A DNA stretch of 64,000 bases from Acidobacteriota bacterium (lineage in GTDB: Bacteria; Acidobacteriota; Polarisedimenticolia; Gp22-AA2): NCBI GenBank assembly GCA_018606725.1, contig JAGYID010000014.1, forward strand, positions 1,895 through 65,894, written 5' to 3'. The position numbers were made by a program, and so were the translations under genes. The notes beneath the pieces were generated by a model that worked only from the letters and a program-made list of their open reading frames with translations, searched no databases and was not told the DNA's origin. The stretch's first letter is position 1. Every line of letters starts with the position of its first letter. Positions 54,945 to 63,963 of the stretch are shown here, piece by piece.

Positions 54945-55499
54945 TCACTCCTTCGGCAGCGCGTCCGTCCTTGGCTCGAAGTCCGGCACCGTGCCGAGCC
55001 CTGCCGACACCAGGTTGGCGAACCGGGCCAGTCCGATGACCAGGATCGCCTCGAGAATCTGCTCGTCGGTGAAGCCATAGGTCCGCAGCCCCTCGACGTC
55101 GTCGCGGCTGGCCTTGGTCGCTTGGCGGTTCAGCTTCAGCGCGAAATTCAAGAGCGCTTTGTCGGCCACCGGCAGGTCGGTGTGCGCGTGGTCGACGGCG
55201 ATCTGCTCCGGCTTCGGCCCCTTCAGCCCCAGCATCTTGACGATCTCGCAGTGCGCCGTGACGCAGTATGTGCTGAGATTGGCGGCCGAGCAGACCAGGA
55301 AGATGTATTCCTTCTGCGCCCGCGACAGGGCGCCCTCCTGGATCAGGATGCTCCAGACCAGGCGCGTCTCCGCCTCGATCAGGTCGGGTCGCATCGTCTG
55401 GGCCCGGTAGAAGTTGGGGATGAACCCGAACTGCCGCCGCGCCTCCGCGAACGGCAGGAACTCGTTCTCGTCGAGCGGCACCTGGCGCAGGAAACTCAT
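54945..55499 (-). CDS. CMD/AhpD-family (carboxymuconolactone decarboxylase-like) redox protein.
   Basis: CMD core with YCVTAHCEIV (Cys/His motif). Sits 6 nt downstream of 6-Cys peptide paralogue 3. Confidence 0.7.
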   Translation of the reverse strand: MSFLRQVPLDENEFLPFAEARRQFGFIPNFYRAQTMRPDLIEAETRLVWSILIQEGALSRAQKEYIFLVCSAANLSTYCVTAHCEIVKMLGLKGPKPEQIAVDHAHTDLPVADKALLNFALKLNRQATKASRDDVEGLRTYGFTDEQILEAILVIGLARFANLVSAGLGTVPDFEPRTDALPKE

Positions 55500-55504
55500 C
55501 GGCG

Positions 55505-55777
55505 CTAGACGCAGGAGCCGGTCGAGCAGCTGCTCCCGTTGTACTTGTAGCAGTAGTACCCGACGAGCTTGCCGCAGTTGCTGTGACGGTGCCCGCCCGA
55601 CACGCATCCCTTGTCGTTGCACTGGACCTGCGCCTGGACGTCCGGCACCGCCAGCCCTGACAGCGCCGATAGATACGGCGACCCGCCCTGCCGCTCCCCG
55701 CCCAGGAACGCCGGCAGCGCCGCCAGCACGGCCAGCACCAGCAATCCGCGCAACGCAATCCTCACGGTTCTGCTCAT
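55505..55777 (-). CDS. Secreted 6-Cys peptide, paralogue 3 of 3 (90-aa precursor).
   Basis: GAGGAGG RBS. Signal peptide, SPYLSALSGLA segment, C-terminal CNDKGC...C...C...C...C. Confidence 0.6.
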   Translation of the reverse strand: MSRTVRIALRGLLVLAVLAALPAFLGGERQGGSPYLSALSGLAVPDVQAQVQCNDKGCVSGGHRHSNCGKLVGYYCYKYNGSSCSTGSCV

Positions 55778-55918
55778 CGGTTTCCCTCCTCGTCTCGGGT
55801 ACGCGCACGCACGGGAAAACAACCCGTGGGCTGCTGATTGATTTCAGGTGGCGTCATCCTACCAGCACCGGCGCGGCGCGGGCAAGCGCTGCCGCGCGGT
55901 GTTGACCGGACGGCCGAC

Positions 55919-57460
55919 TCACCCCGCGTCGCAGGCATCCCCGATGTCGTCCCGGTCGAGGTCGCTCTGATCGGTGTTCGGCGCCGTCGGGCAATTGTCG
56001 CAAGCATCACCGACCAGGTCGCCGTCGGCATCCTCCTGCCGCGCGTTCTGGATCCCGGGGCAGTTGTCGTCGCAGCCGGCGGTCAGACCGCCGGTGCAGC
56101 GGTGGTCGGCGTACTGCCCGTCACCGTCACCGTCGTTGAGGATGCCGTCGCTGTCGAAATCGGCCAGCGGCACCGCCTGCGTGAAGATGTCGGTGTCGCC
56201 GCGGCGGCTGTCCGACCAGATCGGGTGGATGCTCGTCCCGGCGACGATCATCTGGTTGTAGTCGCCGAGGAAATCGGCGGACGGGTTGTATGGCAGGAGC
56301 CTGTCCGAGGCGCGGATGTTGGGGCCGAACGATGCGCCGCCGTCGGTCGAGGTGGCCAGGGTGACGGCAAACGACAGGTTGTCGGCGGCGCCGCGCCGAT
56401 CGAGGAAGGTGACGTGCACGGCGCCGGCGTCATCGACGTTGATCCACGGGAGGAACTGCGCCGCGCCGTTGCCGGGCGCGTCGTCGTTGACCCGCACCGG
56501 GTCGCTCCAGGTGTCGCCCCGGTCGTCCGAGTAGCGCAGCAGGATGTCGATGCTGCCGAAGCGGGCGTCGGGATACACGACGTACAGGCGGCCACGGTAG
56601 GGTCCGTTGCTGCGGTCGACGGCGTTCGCCGGACCGCCGGGATTGATGTCCGGCGGCTCAGCATAGTGCAGCCTTCTCTCGAGCGCGATGTCGCGGCTCA
56701 GCCAGGTGCGCCCGCCGTCGAGCGAGCGGTCGAGCCAGATGGCATTGCTCAGGCCGAAATCGAACCACGTCACGTACAGCTCGCCTCCCGGGCCGATCGA
56801 CACGACCGAGTAGATGCTCTGGTAGTAGCGCGGGTCGGACAGGAGGACCGGCGCCGAGAACGTCGTCCCGCCGTCGAGGCTGGTCCTGTAGAAGATCCCC
56901 GAGCCTACACCCGGCAGATTGCCCGACCAGACCAGATGCAGGGCCCCGGTGACCGGGTCCGCGGCGATCCACTCCTTGTCGGGGGAAGCGTAAATGGTCA
57001 AGTCGTTGATGAGCGCGAACGTCTTCCCGCCGTCGACCGACCTGTACAGGAACATCGATTCGTCGGCGAAAAACCCGCCGGTGAGGTTGTACCCGAGCGT
57101 GGTGAGGTAGAAGGTCCCCCGGCTGTCGACGGCCAGCACCGGATCGGCGGCGTATTGCAGTCCGGGCGGATTCGGCACTGTCTGGCTGCGCCAGCGCTGG
57201 CCGCCGTCGGTCGTCAGGGCGGTGCCGATGGTCACCGTGTCCCCCGGCCCGTAATTGATCCAGGCGGCGACGCGGCGCTGCGGATCCGCCGGGTCGACCG
57301 CCTGCGTCGTCTCCCCCTGCCTGATCCGTAATTTGTCCTGATTGACCAGCACGTTCTGCGGGAAGGGAGGCGCCGCCGGTGCGGCCCAGACCAGTGCGGT
57401 CCCCAGGAGAGCGGTCATCATCATGGAGCGGGATCGGGATACCAAAGCGTTGCGGGACAT
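55919..57460 (-). CDS. Secreted BNR/Asp-box repeat (sialidase-like beta-propeller) protein with C-terminal thrombospondin type-3 calcium-binding repeats.
   Basis: Several S/TxDGGxTW Asp-boxes (TTDGGQRW, SVDGGKTF, SLDGGTTF, SLDGGRTW, SDDRGDTW, STDGGASF). The C-terminal D-rich DxDxDGxxD repeats contain Cys. Confidence 0.65.
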   Translation of the reverse strand: MSRNALVSRSRSMMMTALLGTALVWAAPAAPPFPQNVLVNQDKLRIRQGETTQAVDPADPQRRVAAWINYGPGDTVTIGTALTTDGGQRWRSQTVPNPPGLQYAADPVLAVDSRGTFYLTTLGYNLTGGFFADESMFLYRSVDGGKTFALINDLTIYASPDKEWIAADPVTGALHLVWSGNLPGVGSGIFYRTSLDGGTTFSAPVLLSDPRYYQSIYSVVSIGPGGELYVTWFDFGLSNAIWLDRSLDGGRTWLSRDIALERRLHYAEPPDINPGGPANAVDRSNGPYRGRLYVVYPDARFGSIDILLRYSDDRGDTWSDPVRVNDDAPGNGAAQFLPWINVDDAGAVHVTFLDRRGAADNLSFAVTLATSTDGGASFGPNIRASDRLLPYNPSADFLGDYNQMIVAGTSIHPIWSDSRRGDTDIFTQAVPLADFDSDGILNDGDGDGQYADHRCTGGLTAGCDDNCPGIQNARQEDADGDLVGDACDNCPTAPNTDQSDLDRDDIGDACDAG

Positions 57461-57642
57461 GTGTGTTTCCCCCTGCGGCCTGTCGACGGCGGCCAACGAT
57501 TCCCGGCGGCGAGTCTTGTGCGTACACCCTCAGTGGAGCGAGCGCGAATGTCTTGCGGGCAAGCTACGGTGAGATTGAGGGGCTGTCAACGACATTCGCC
57601 GGCAACGCGCGGCCGCCTGCCATGTCGGTGGTGAGCCGGCGT

Positions 57643-59247
57643 TCAGGCGCGGGACGGCCGCCCGCGGCGGAAGTCATGGAGGATCTCGCGGGCGGCGTTG
57701 CGTCCCGGCGCGCCGGTCACGCCGCCGCCCGGGTGGGCGCCGGAGCCGCACAGATAGAGGTTGCGAATCGGCGTCCGGTAGCGGGCCCAGCCGGGCAGCG
57801 GGCGCATCGAGAACAGCTGGTCGAGCGCCATGTCGCCGTGACAGATGTTGCCGCCCGTGAGCCCGAAGGTCTCCTCGAAATCGAGCGGCGTCAGGATGTG
57901 CCGCTGCAGGATCGCGCCTTTGAGATTAGGCGCGTACTCGGCCAGGGTGTCGATCGCCAGGTCTCCGAGCTCCTCCTTCCGCGTTCGCCAGTCGCCTTCG
58001 GCCAGCCGGTAAGGGATGTACTTGATCGAGATCGACATCACGTGGCGGCCGGGCGGGGCGAGCGTCGGGTCGAGGAACGACGGGACCACCACGTCCAGAT
58101 AGGGCCGGCGCGACGGCCGCCCGGCACGGTAGTCGAGGAACGCCGCCTCGAGGTACTCGGGGTCGGCGCCGGCCACCTGGATGTTGCCGTGCAGATGCGG
58201 GCCGGCGCCGGGGAGCGCCGTGAAGTCGGGCGGCTCGGAGAGCGCCAGGTTGACCTTGCCGGAGTTGCCGTTGCAGCGCAGGGTCTCGATGCCGCGCACG
58301 AAGTCGTCCGGCAGGTTCGACCGCCCCACCAGCCCGAGGAAGGTCCGCTTCGGATCGGCATTGGAGGCGACGACCCGTCCGAGAACCTCCTCCCCGCCCT
58401 CGAGGACGACCCCGCGGGCGGCGCCGTTCCGCACCACGATGCGCTCGACCGCGGCGCCGGTCCGGATCTCGGCTCCGTGGGCGCGGGCCGCCGCGGCCAT
58501 CGCCCGGGTGATGCCGCCCATCCCGCCGCGGACGAAGCCCCACAGCCCGGGGGCGCCCATCGTCCCTCCTTCGTAGTAGTGCAGCAGCGGAAAGGCGGTG
58601 CCGGGCGTGCGCGGGCTGCCGTACACCCCGATGGTCCCGCCGGCGGCGATGCTGGCCTTGAGCTGGGGCGACTCGAACCACTCGTCGAGCAGGTCGGCGG
58701 CGCTCATGGTCATCACTTTGACGAGCAGCGCCCGGTCGGCGCCCGGCAGCGTCAGAAACCGGCGGCCGAGCCGCAGCAGTTCCAGCAATCCGCCCAGTCC
58801 GGGGCGGGCGATGTCCGGCGGCGTCTCGGCGAGCGTCGGGCGGATGAACTCCGCCAGCCGCGACATGGCGGCGCCGAACCGCGGGTAGGCCGCGGCGTCC
58901 TTCGGCGAGAAACGCGCGATCGCCGCCGCGTCCTCGTTCTCCCCCATCCCCAGCAGGAGATGGCGGCTGTCGGCGAACGGCGTGAACGATACCGGGCACG
59001 GCACGATGTCGAAGCCGTGCCGCCGCAGCTCGAGGTCGCGGATGATCTCCGGCCGCAGCAGGGTGCAGCAGTACGACGTCGTCGAGGCCTGGTAGCCGGG
59101 AAGAATCTCCTCGGTCACGCAGGCGCCGCCGACCAAGTACCGCCGCTCCAGCACCAGGACCGAGCGGCCGGCCCGGGCGAGATAACCGGCCGTCACCAGG
59201 CCGTTGTGACCGCCCCCGACGACGATCGCATCGTACGTCCGCGCCAT
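57643..59247 (-). CDS. Phytoene-desaturase-family (CrtI-like) FAD-dependent oxidoreductase.
   Basis: N-terminal dinucleotide-binding fold YDAIVVGGGHNGLVTAGYLARAG and CrtI-family length and C-terminus. Starts 18 nt after the upstream rSAM-STAS gene. Confidence 0.75.
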   Translation of the reverse strand: MARTYDAIVVGGGHNGLVTAGYLARAGRSVLVLERRYLVGGACVTEEILPGYQASTTSYCCTLLRPEIIRDLELRRHGFDIVPCPVSFTPFADSRHLLLGMGENEDAAAIARFSPKDAAAYPRFGAAMSRLAEFIRPTLAETPPDIARPGLGGLLELLRLGRRFLTLPGADRALLVKVMTMSAADLLDEWFESPQLKASIAAGGTIGVYGSPRTPGTAFPLLHYYEGGTMGAPGLWGFVRGGMGGITRAMAAAARAHGAEIRTGAAVERIVVRNGAARGVVLEGGEEVLGRVVASNADPKRTFLGLVGRSNLPDDFVRGIETLRCNGNSGKVNLALSEPPDFTALPGAGPHLHGNIQVAGADPEYLEAAFLDYRAGRPSRRPYLDVVVPSFLDPTLAPPGRHVMSISIKYIPYRLAEGDWRTRKEELGDLAIDTLAEYAPNLKGAILQRHILTPLDFEETFGLTGGNICHGDMALDQLFSMRPLPGWARYRTPIRNLYLCGSGAHPGGGVTGAPGRNAAREILHDFRRGRPSRA

Positions 59248-59264
59248 GGATGCCCGGACGGATT

Positions 59265-61226
59265 TCAGCGGTACAGCGCGAACAGGGTCGCCAGGGCGGC
59301 GACCTCGCCCGTCGGCGGCAGGGCGATGCGGACGCGCTCGCGATGAGCCTTCAGCCCCTCGGCGATCCGTTCCGCCGCACCGGGCTCGACGTGCAGCAGA
59401 CGGCGGAGATCGAGGATCAGCCGATCCTCGGTCCGCTTCAGGGCGTCGCGCAGGTCGGCGGCGAGCCTCTCCGCCCCCGCCGCAGCCAGGCGCCCCTTCA
59501 CCTGCACCCAGACCGTCGATTCGGGGCGCAGCTCCACGTCCACGCCGTGCGTCGCGGCCCGCAGGCGATCCCAGGCGCGCGCCGGCCGCGACTCCTCCGG
59601 CATGCGGAAGGTGTGCCGCATCGTCGGCGGGTGCTGGAACAGACCGAGCTTCAGGGTGAGCCCGGTCCAGGCGGCCATGCCGACGGCGGCGACCGACTGG
59701 AGACGCTCGGTCCAGGTGGGCGGCCCCAGCGTCCGGTGGATGCGCGCCTGGAGATCGGCGATCCACTTGCGGGCCCCGGCGCCCGGGCCGAGCGCCCGGC
59801 CGGCCAGGAAGATGGGATACGTCCTGCGAATCTCGGTCGCGAAGCGCGCCGCCTTGCCGCGCAGCAGGGGGCTGGGAGAATCCTTCAGCTTCAGGTATCC
59901 CAAGAGCCAGCTCTCGATCGATCGGAAGATGGAAGGTCCGAGCCGGTGGAAGTCCTCCCGGAAACAGCGGGCCTGGGCCGCCTGGATCTCCCCGGGCGTC
60001 ATGGTCGGGTGGGTCACCATCGCCGAGAACCCGGTGCAGTTGCGGTAGTACAGCTCGCGATCGTCCGCCAGCTCGCGGTGCATCAGCCCCTCGCTCATGA
60101 CGCGCTCGAAGAAAGGCGTCCCGGGGGTCGGTCCGTAGATCAGGAACTGGGACAGGGCCGGCTTGAGCGCCAGGAGACCCGACAGCTCCTCGTCGATGAT
60201 CGCCGGGGTCTGGTACGGCAGGCCCACGATCATCGACGCCAGGATGCCGATGCCGTGCTCGCGGAACTCCCTGAAGACCTCCTCGGCGGGTCGTCCCGAC
60301 TGCTTGGCGAATCCCGACCGGGTTCCCTCGTAGCCGATCCAGACACCGTCGATGCCCATCTCGAGAATTTCGGTGATGGTGTACTGGCTGATGGCGCGGA
60401 TGCTCGCGAACGCGAACACCGACAGGGGCACGCCGCCTTCCCGGACGCAATCGCGGAATTCCAGGGCGCGCTTCCGGTTGAGCAGGAAATCCTCATCGAG
60501 GATGACGATCGACATTCCCGGATCGACCTCGAGGTAGCGCTGCACCACCCGGTAGATGTCACGGCCCGTCGGCAGCAGGCGGATGTGCCGGCGCTTGAAG
60601 AAGTAGGACGTGCAGCAGAAATCGCAGCCGTTGGGGCACCCCAGGCCGGCGAACACCATGCCGGTGCGCGAGGCCTCCCTGCCGAACACCTTCATCCGGC
60701 TGACCATCAGCGGGTGGCCGTACGGCATCGGGATCTCCGGCTCGCCCAGCAGCCGCCGCATGAAACCGACCCCCTCCTCGCGGCAGATGTGATCGGAATA
60801 GGGCGCCAGGACCTCGTCGGAAAGGACGGTGCCGTACCCTCCGAGAATGATCGCGGACCGCGGCGCGTGGGTCCGGACGAGGGCGACGACCTCTTTCATC
60901 CGGTGAAAGGTCGCCAGCAGGAACGACACGCCGACGAAGTCGTACCCTTTCTTCAGCTCGCGGATGAGCTCCGCCCTGGTCGGATACTGCAGGACGGTGG
61001 CCGGCGCCTCGAGGTTCTCGGCGACGTATTCCAGCGAGAAATGCACGTGGGTGGCCCGGGGGCTGAACAGGCCCTGCGCGCGGGTCACCTGGCCGAACAA
61101 CAGCTCGTAGCCGACGCTGGGGCCGTCGCCGTGCGCCTCGCCCAGCGGCCGGCAGACGCTGGTCAGCAGGACTTTCTTCACGGCCCTTCCCATGGCCGGG
61201 TTCGCAGCGGCCCCACGCATTGTCAT
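59265..61226 (-). CDS. B12-binding-domain radical SAM protein with a C-terminal STAS (anti-sigma-antagonist-like) domain.
   Basis: B12-binding Rossmann region, CPNGCDFC radical SAM motif, and a C-terminal ~110 aa resembling STAS (VELRPESTVWVQVKGRL...LILDLRRLLHVEPGAAERI). The start could be the second Met (61193). Confidence 0.7.
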   Translation of the reverse strand: MTMRGAAANPAMGRAVKKVLLTSVCRPLGEAHGDGPSVGYELLFGQVTRAQGLFSPRATHVHFSLEYVAENLEAPATVLQYPTRAELIRELKKGYDFVGVSFLLATFHRMKEVVALVRTHAPRSAIILGGYGTVLSDEVLAPYSDHICREEGVGFMRRLLGEPEIPMPYGHPLMVSRMKVFGREASRTGMVFAGLGCPNGCDFCCTSYFFKRRHIRLLPTGRDIYRVVQRYLEVDPGMSIVILDEDFLLNRKRALEFRDCVREGGVPLSVFAFASIRAISQYTITEILEMGIDGVWIGYEGTRSGFAKQSGRPAEEVFREFREHGIGILASMIVGLPYQTPAIIDEELSGLLALKPALSQFLIYGPTPGTPFFERVMSEGLMHRELADDRELYYRNCTGFSAMVTHPTMTPGEIQAAQARCFREDFHRLGPSIFRSIESWLLGYLKLKDSPSPLLRGKAARFATEIRRTYPIFLAGRALGPGAGARKWIADLQARIHRTLGPPTWTERLQSVAAVGMAAWTGLTLKLGLFQHPPTMRHTFRMPEESRPARAWDRLRAATHGVDVELRPESTVWVQVKGRLAAAGAERLAADLRDALKRTEDRLILDLRRLLHVEPGAAERIAEGLKAHRERVRIALPPTGEVAALATLFALYR

Positions 61227-61418
61227 TGAACGCCCTCCGATCGAGGGGTCATCATACTCTCCAGGGACGCGCGACGCCCGTCAGCCACCCGCCACCCCCC
61301 TGTTGCCTTCCGGTTCGTCTCGGGATAGAGTGCACCGCGCAAGTGCGTCACGGCACTCCCAGGTTCATTCACGGTCCGACCTTCGGTCTTTCGGCGCTCC
61401 GTAACACGGCAGGGCTTC

Positions 61419-63128
61419 ATGGCGAAGATCGGCAATCTGATTTGCCTGACCCCGCGTGACTCGTACGTCGTCGACGAACCGATCCGCAAGCCCGGCTTGC
61501 TGGGGGGCCTCGAGCGCCGGATCGGTCCGTTCTTCCGCAGCCCCGGGATCGCCTTCCCCTACCTGATCGGCTTCCTGCGCAAGAACGGCATCCTCGACGC
61601 CGACACGCGCGTCGCCGTGCAGCACGACAAGATCGAGGGGCCGACATCGTTCGAGGACATCCTCGCCGACAAGGTCGAGCTCGGCCGCGGCGATCACGAC
61701 GTCCTGTTCGTCACCGCCTATACGAACTCGGCCCGCGAGGCGTATCGCCGGGCCCGCGAGGCGCGCGCCGCCTACGCCGCCGCCGGCAAGAATCTCACGG
61801 TCGTGTTCGGCGGGCCGCACGCCTCGGCGATGCCCGAGGAGGGAACGCGCCGCGGTCACGTCGATGCGACCGTCGCCGGCGAGGGCGAGTGGGCCGCTTC
61901 GGCGCTGCTCACCGACCTCAAGGAGGGGCGGCCGGTGAAACCGGTCTACAAGGCGACCTTCGATCGCATCCGCGATCGCGGTACGTTGGCCCTCGACATG
62001 GGGATCTGGGACGGGCTGACCCGCCGGCCGCAGCAGATCGTCTCCTCGACCACCCTGGCCCGCGGTTGCAAGCTGGACTGCCACTTCTGCGCCGTCTTCC
62101 TGACCAACGGCCCGACGGTGCGCAACCGCGACACAGCCGATGTCGTGGACGAGATCCGGGCCCAGGGCCCGCGTTACACCCGGGAGACGATCGACCGGAT
62201 TCCGCCGGGCTTCTACAACGCCATCCTCAAGGCGGCCGTCAAGCTGCCGATCGTCGGCCCGCGATACGGCGATCGCCTGATCGCCAAGATGGGGCCGGGC
62301 TTCACCGACAGTTACTTCTTCTGGGACGACAACCTGTACAACGCCGCCGGCTCCTTCCAGGCGCTGTGCGAGGCGATCCGCCCCGTCGGGCGCCAATGGG
62401 CGGCCGAGCTGACCATCGACCTGGCGGAGAAGCCGGAGCTTCTGAAGGCGGCCTACGACAGCGGCTGCCGCGATCTGTTCCTCGGCATCGAGTCGGTCAG
62501 CCAGACGGCGATTGACGGCCTCGACAAGTGGTCGAACAACACCGCCGGCATGCGCGAGATGGTTCAGCGCGTCCACGATGCCGGCATCAACGTCATGGGC
62601 GCCTTCGTCTTCGGGCTGGACGGCGACGACCCCTCCTGCTTCGACCGGACCCTCGAGTTCATCAATGCGACCGGGATCGACTTCATCGTCGCCAACATCA
62701 TCCAGCCCTACCCCGGCACCGGGACCTTCAAGGACGCGGTCGCCGGCGACGATCTGCTCCCCTGGACCCGCTGCCCCGACGACGCGGACGTCGCGATGGA
62801 TTACAACTGGCCGCTGTTCGACGGGGCGCACGTCCTGGTCCGCCCGAAGGCGATGACGATCGACCAGCTGCAGGAGGGCTATTACTACTTCCTGCGCGAA
62901 GCCTACTCGCTGACCGGCATCGTGCGCCGCTACCGCGGGCACGCCTACGATGTTCCCTGGGCGATCTCCCACTTCACGCGCAACTACCTGATGAGCCGCT
63001 ACGGCATGATCAAGACGGCCCACGCCATCCGCCGCAAGGGCGCCAAGCCGGTGGGGCTCGTCGTCGCCCCGGAGGACGGCCGGCGGGCACCCGAGCCCGG
63101 CTTCGTCCCGGAATCTTTCACCGGCTGA
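61419..63128 (+). CDS. B12-binding-domain radical SAM protein (class B rSAM).
   Basis: Divergent from 59265..61226. Rossmann-like B12 region and CKLDCHFC radical SAM motif. Confidence 0.75.
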   Translation: MAKIGNLICLTPRDSYVVDEPIRKPGLLGGLERRIGPFFRSPGIAFPYLIGFLRKNGILDADTRVAVQHDKIEGPTSFEDILADKVELGRGDHDVLFVTAYTNSAREAYRRAREARAAYAAAGKNLTVVFGGPHASAMPEEGTRRGHVDATVAGEGEWAASALLTDLKEGRPVKPVYKATFDRIRDRGTLALDMGIWDGLTRRPQQIVSSTTLARGCKLDCHFCAVFLTNGPTVRNRDTADVVDEIRAQGPRYTRETIDRIPPGFYNAILKAAVKLPIVGPRYGDRLIAKMGPGFTDSYFFWDDNLYNAAGSFQALCEAIRPVGRQWAAELTIDLAEKPELLKAAYDSGCRDLFLGIESVSQTAIDGLDKWSNNTAGMREMVQRVHDAGINVMGAFVFGLDGDDPSCFDRTLEFINATGIDFIVANIIQPYPGTGTFKDAVAGDDLLPWTRCPDDADVAMDYNWPLFDGAHVLVRPKAMTIDQLQEGYYYFLREAYSLTGIVRRYRGHAYDVPWAISHFTRNYLMSRYGMIKTAHAIRRKGAKPVGLVVAPEDGRRAPEPGFVPESFTG

Positions 63129-63189
63129 ACGTCCCGGAAGCCCTGTCTTGGCAGGGATCCGCGCCGGTGCCATAATCCGGCGCTCAGCC

Positions 63190-63963
63190 ATGAGCACGCG
63201 TCTCATCAATCAAAATGGGGTGTCTGTGTCCCGGCGCATCGCCGGCACGGCCGCCCTGCATCTTCTGGCGGCGGCCTCGCTGCTCCAGTCGGCCGCCTGC
63301 ACCGGCGGCCCGGGGAAGTCCGCCCCGCCGCCGATCATCCTGGCGACCACCACCAGCACCTACGACTCCGGCCTGCTCGACGACATCATCCCGCCCTTCG
63401 AGAAGGCCAGCGGCATGACGGTCAAGACGATCGTCGTCGGCTCGGGCAAGGCGCTGGCGCTTGGGGAGCGCGGCGAGGCCGATCTGCTGCTGGTGCACGC
63501 GCCCGAGGCGGAGGAGGGTTTCATGGCGCGCGGCGGCGGCATTCTGCGGCGCCGGATGATGTACAACGATTTCGTCCTGGTCGGCCCGGCGGCCGACCCG
63601 GCCGGGGTGGGCGGGGCCGCCGATCTGAAGGCGGCGATGACCGCGCTGCACCGTTCGGGCGCCGTCTTCGTGTCCCGCGGCGACGGTTCGGGAACGCAGG
63701 AGATGGAGCTCGATCTCTGGAAGCAGGCCGGTCTGTCGCACCCGGCGGAGGGCTACCTGGAGACCGGGCAGGGCATGGCTTCGACCCTGCGCGTCGCATC
63801 GGAGAAGCGCGGCTACACCCTGACCGATCGCTTCGGCCGGGAGCGCTTCGGGCAGGCGCTGTTCGTCCCCGATGCCGAGCCGTTCGAAGCCGCCGCGTCC
63901 ATCGCACCCGGCGCCGCGGATCCCCTTGCCGCTCCCGGAGGCCCCGATGCGCCTCATCGCTGA
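63190..63963 (+). CDS. tupA: TupA-like tungstate/molybdate ABC transporter substrate-binding protein.
   Basis: Lipoprotein signal with Cys, PBP_like_2 fold with the TupA-type TTTSTYDSGL anion-binding motif. Confidence 0.65.
   Translation: MSTRLINQNGVSVSRRIAGTAALHLLAAASLLQSAACTGGPGKSAPPPIILATTTSTYDSGLLDDIIPPFEKASGMTVKTIVVGSGKALALGERGEADLLLVHAPEAEEGFMARGGGILRRRMMYNDFVLVGPAADPAGVGGAADLKAAMTALHRSGAVFVSRGDGSGTQEMELDLWKQAGLSHPAEGYLETGQGMASTLRVASEKRGYTLTDRFGRERFGQALFVPDAEPFEAAASIAPGAADPLAAPGGPDAPHR

Noticed and set aside
59250-63209. Plus-strand ORF 59250..61229 (659 aa) and minus-strand ORF 61365..63209 (614 aa), antisense to the two B12-rSAM genes.
   Set aside because: Low-complexity Arg/Gly/Pro-rich translations. 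The sense genes contain CxxxCxxC radical SAM motifs.
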